Source: Thalassotalea sp. (GTDB lineage: Bacteria; Pseudomonadota; Gammaproteobacteria; Enterobacterales; Alteromonadaceae). Taken from it: a stretch of 64,000 nucleotides of DNA. Position 1 is the first letter of the stretch. Each line of letters opens with the position of its first letter. A model generated the notes under the pieces. The model had not been told where the DNA came from and did not search any database. It saw nothing but the letters and a program-made list of their open reading frames with translations. Both the position numbers and the translations under genes were made by a program. Shown here one piece after another: positions 63,663-64,000 of this stretch. The stretch lies in NCBI GenBank assembly GCA_022448425.1, contig JAKVCY010000187.1:127-64126 (forward strand), written 5' to 3'.

Positions 63663-64000
63663 TTGTCCGGTAAGTACTCTTGGCCGATCGTTTTTAGTGT
63701 TGGCTTACATATGGGTTTAGGGTTGGTTTTGTTGATGGGGAATTTCTCTTCTCACAAGCCAACACCAACTCAACTGCAAGTTAATTTGCAAACCAAGACT
63801 CAACCTATTCAAGCTTTCGCTATTGATAGGGCAGTGTTAGAGAAGCAGGCTGAAAAAAAACGCAAGATTGAAGAACAAAAGAAAGCTGCTGAGCGAAATC
63901 GCCTTCGAGAGATTGAAGAACGAAAAGCTGCAGCTAAGCGCAAACGCGAAGAGCAAGCACGTAAGAAAAAGTTAGAAGCGCAGCGCAAAGAAAAAGAAAA
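63663..64000 (+). CDS. tolA: TolA (5' partial, runs off the window)
   Basis: TTG 63663 after GGAG; MSGKYSWPIVFSVGLHMG TM with S..LH motif, then K/E/A-rich helix; not in the ORF track. Confidence 0.9.
   Translation, partial: MSGKYSWPIVFSVGLHMGLGLVLLMGNFSSHKPTPTQLQVNLQTKTQPIQAFAIDRAVLEKQAEKKRKIEEQKKAAERNRLREIEERKAAAKRKREEQARKKKLEAQRKEKE

Noticed and set aside
1-64000. CRISPR arrays, tRNA/rRNA, IS or prophage genes
   Set aside because: No regularly spaced repeats, cloverleaf signatures, transposase or integrase motifs seen

Overview
Chromosomal window, about 41-42% GC by eye, from a marine gammaproteobacterium. Gene order and protein style suggest Alteromonadales/Colwelliaceae (inference). I saw no rRNA, tRNA, CRISPR array, transposase, integrase or phage gene. 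The left part (4.2-26.2 kb) is a 22 kb same-strand signalling cluster. It opens with an F7/Che2-type chemosensory operon: STAS, cheY, cheA, 2x cheW, an Aer2-like receptor with an extra N-terminal globin and three haem-type PAS domains, cheR, cheD, cheB and an McpA-like receptor. It continues into a partner-switching pair (STAS plus REC-PP2C-kinase), a deleted REC-GGDEF remnant, an orphan receiver protein, two hybrid histidine kinases and a REC-GGDEF-Hpt fusion. The rest is mostly housekeeping: nrdAB-yfaE, gph-ubiG, gyrA, serC-aroA-cmk-rpsA-ihfB-lapAB, pyrF-comEA, dGTPase, cmoBA, aspS-ruvCAB and ybgC-tolQRA. A few accessory genes sit between these: APC permease with Mpo1-like, serine hydrolase with membrane AraC, a Hanks-type kinase and a triple-PBP diguanylate cyclase. 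Three lesions are visible in the DNA: the receptor's EWEEF tail is out of frame, the REC-GGDEF gene has a large internal deletion, and a VOC gene has an in-frame TAG. Two orphan minus-strand terminators point to unannotated small RNAs (about 47.9-48.3 kb and 61.65-61.82 kb). All family assignments come from motif recognition by eye, with no database searches run.
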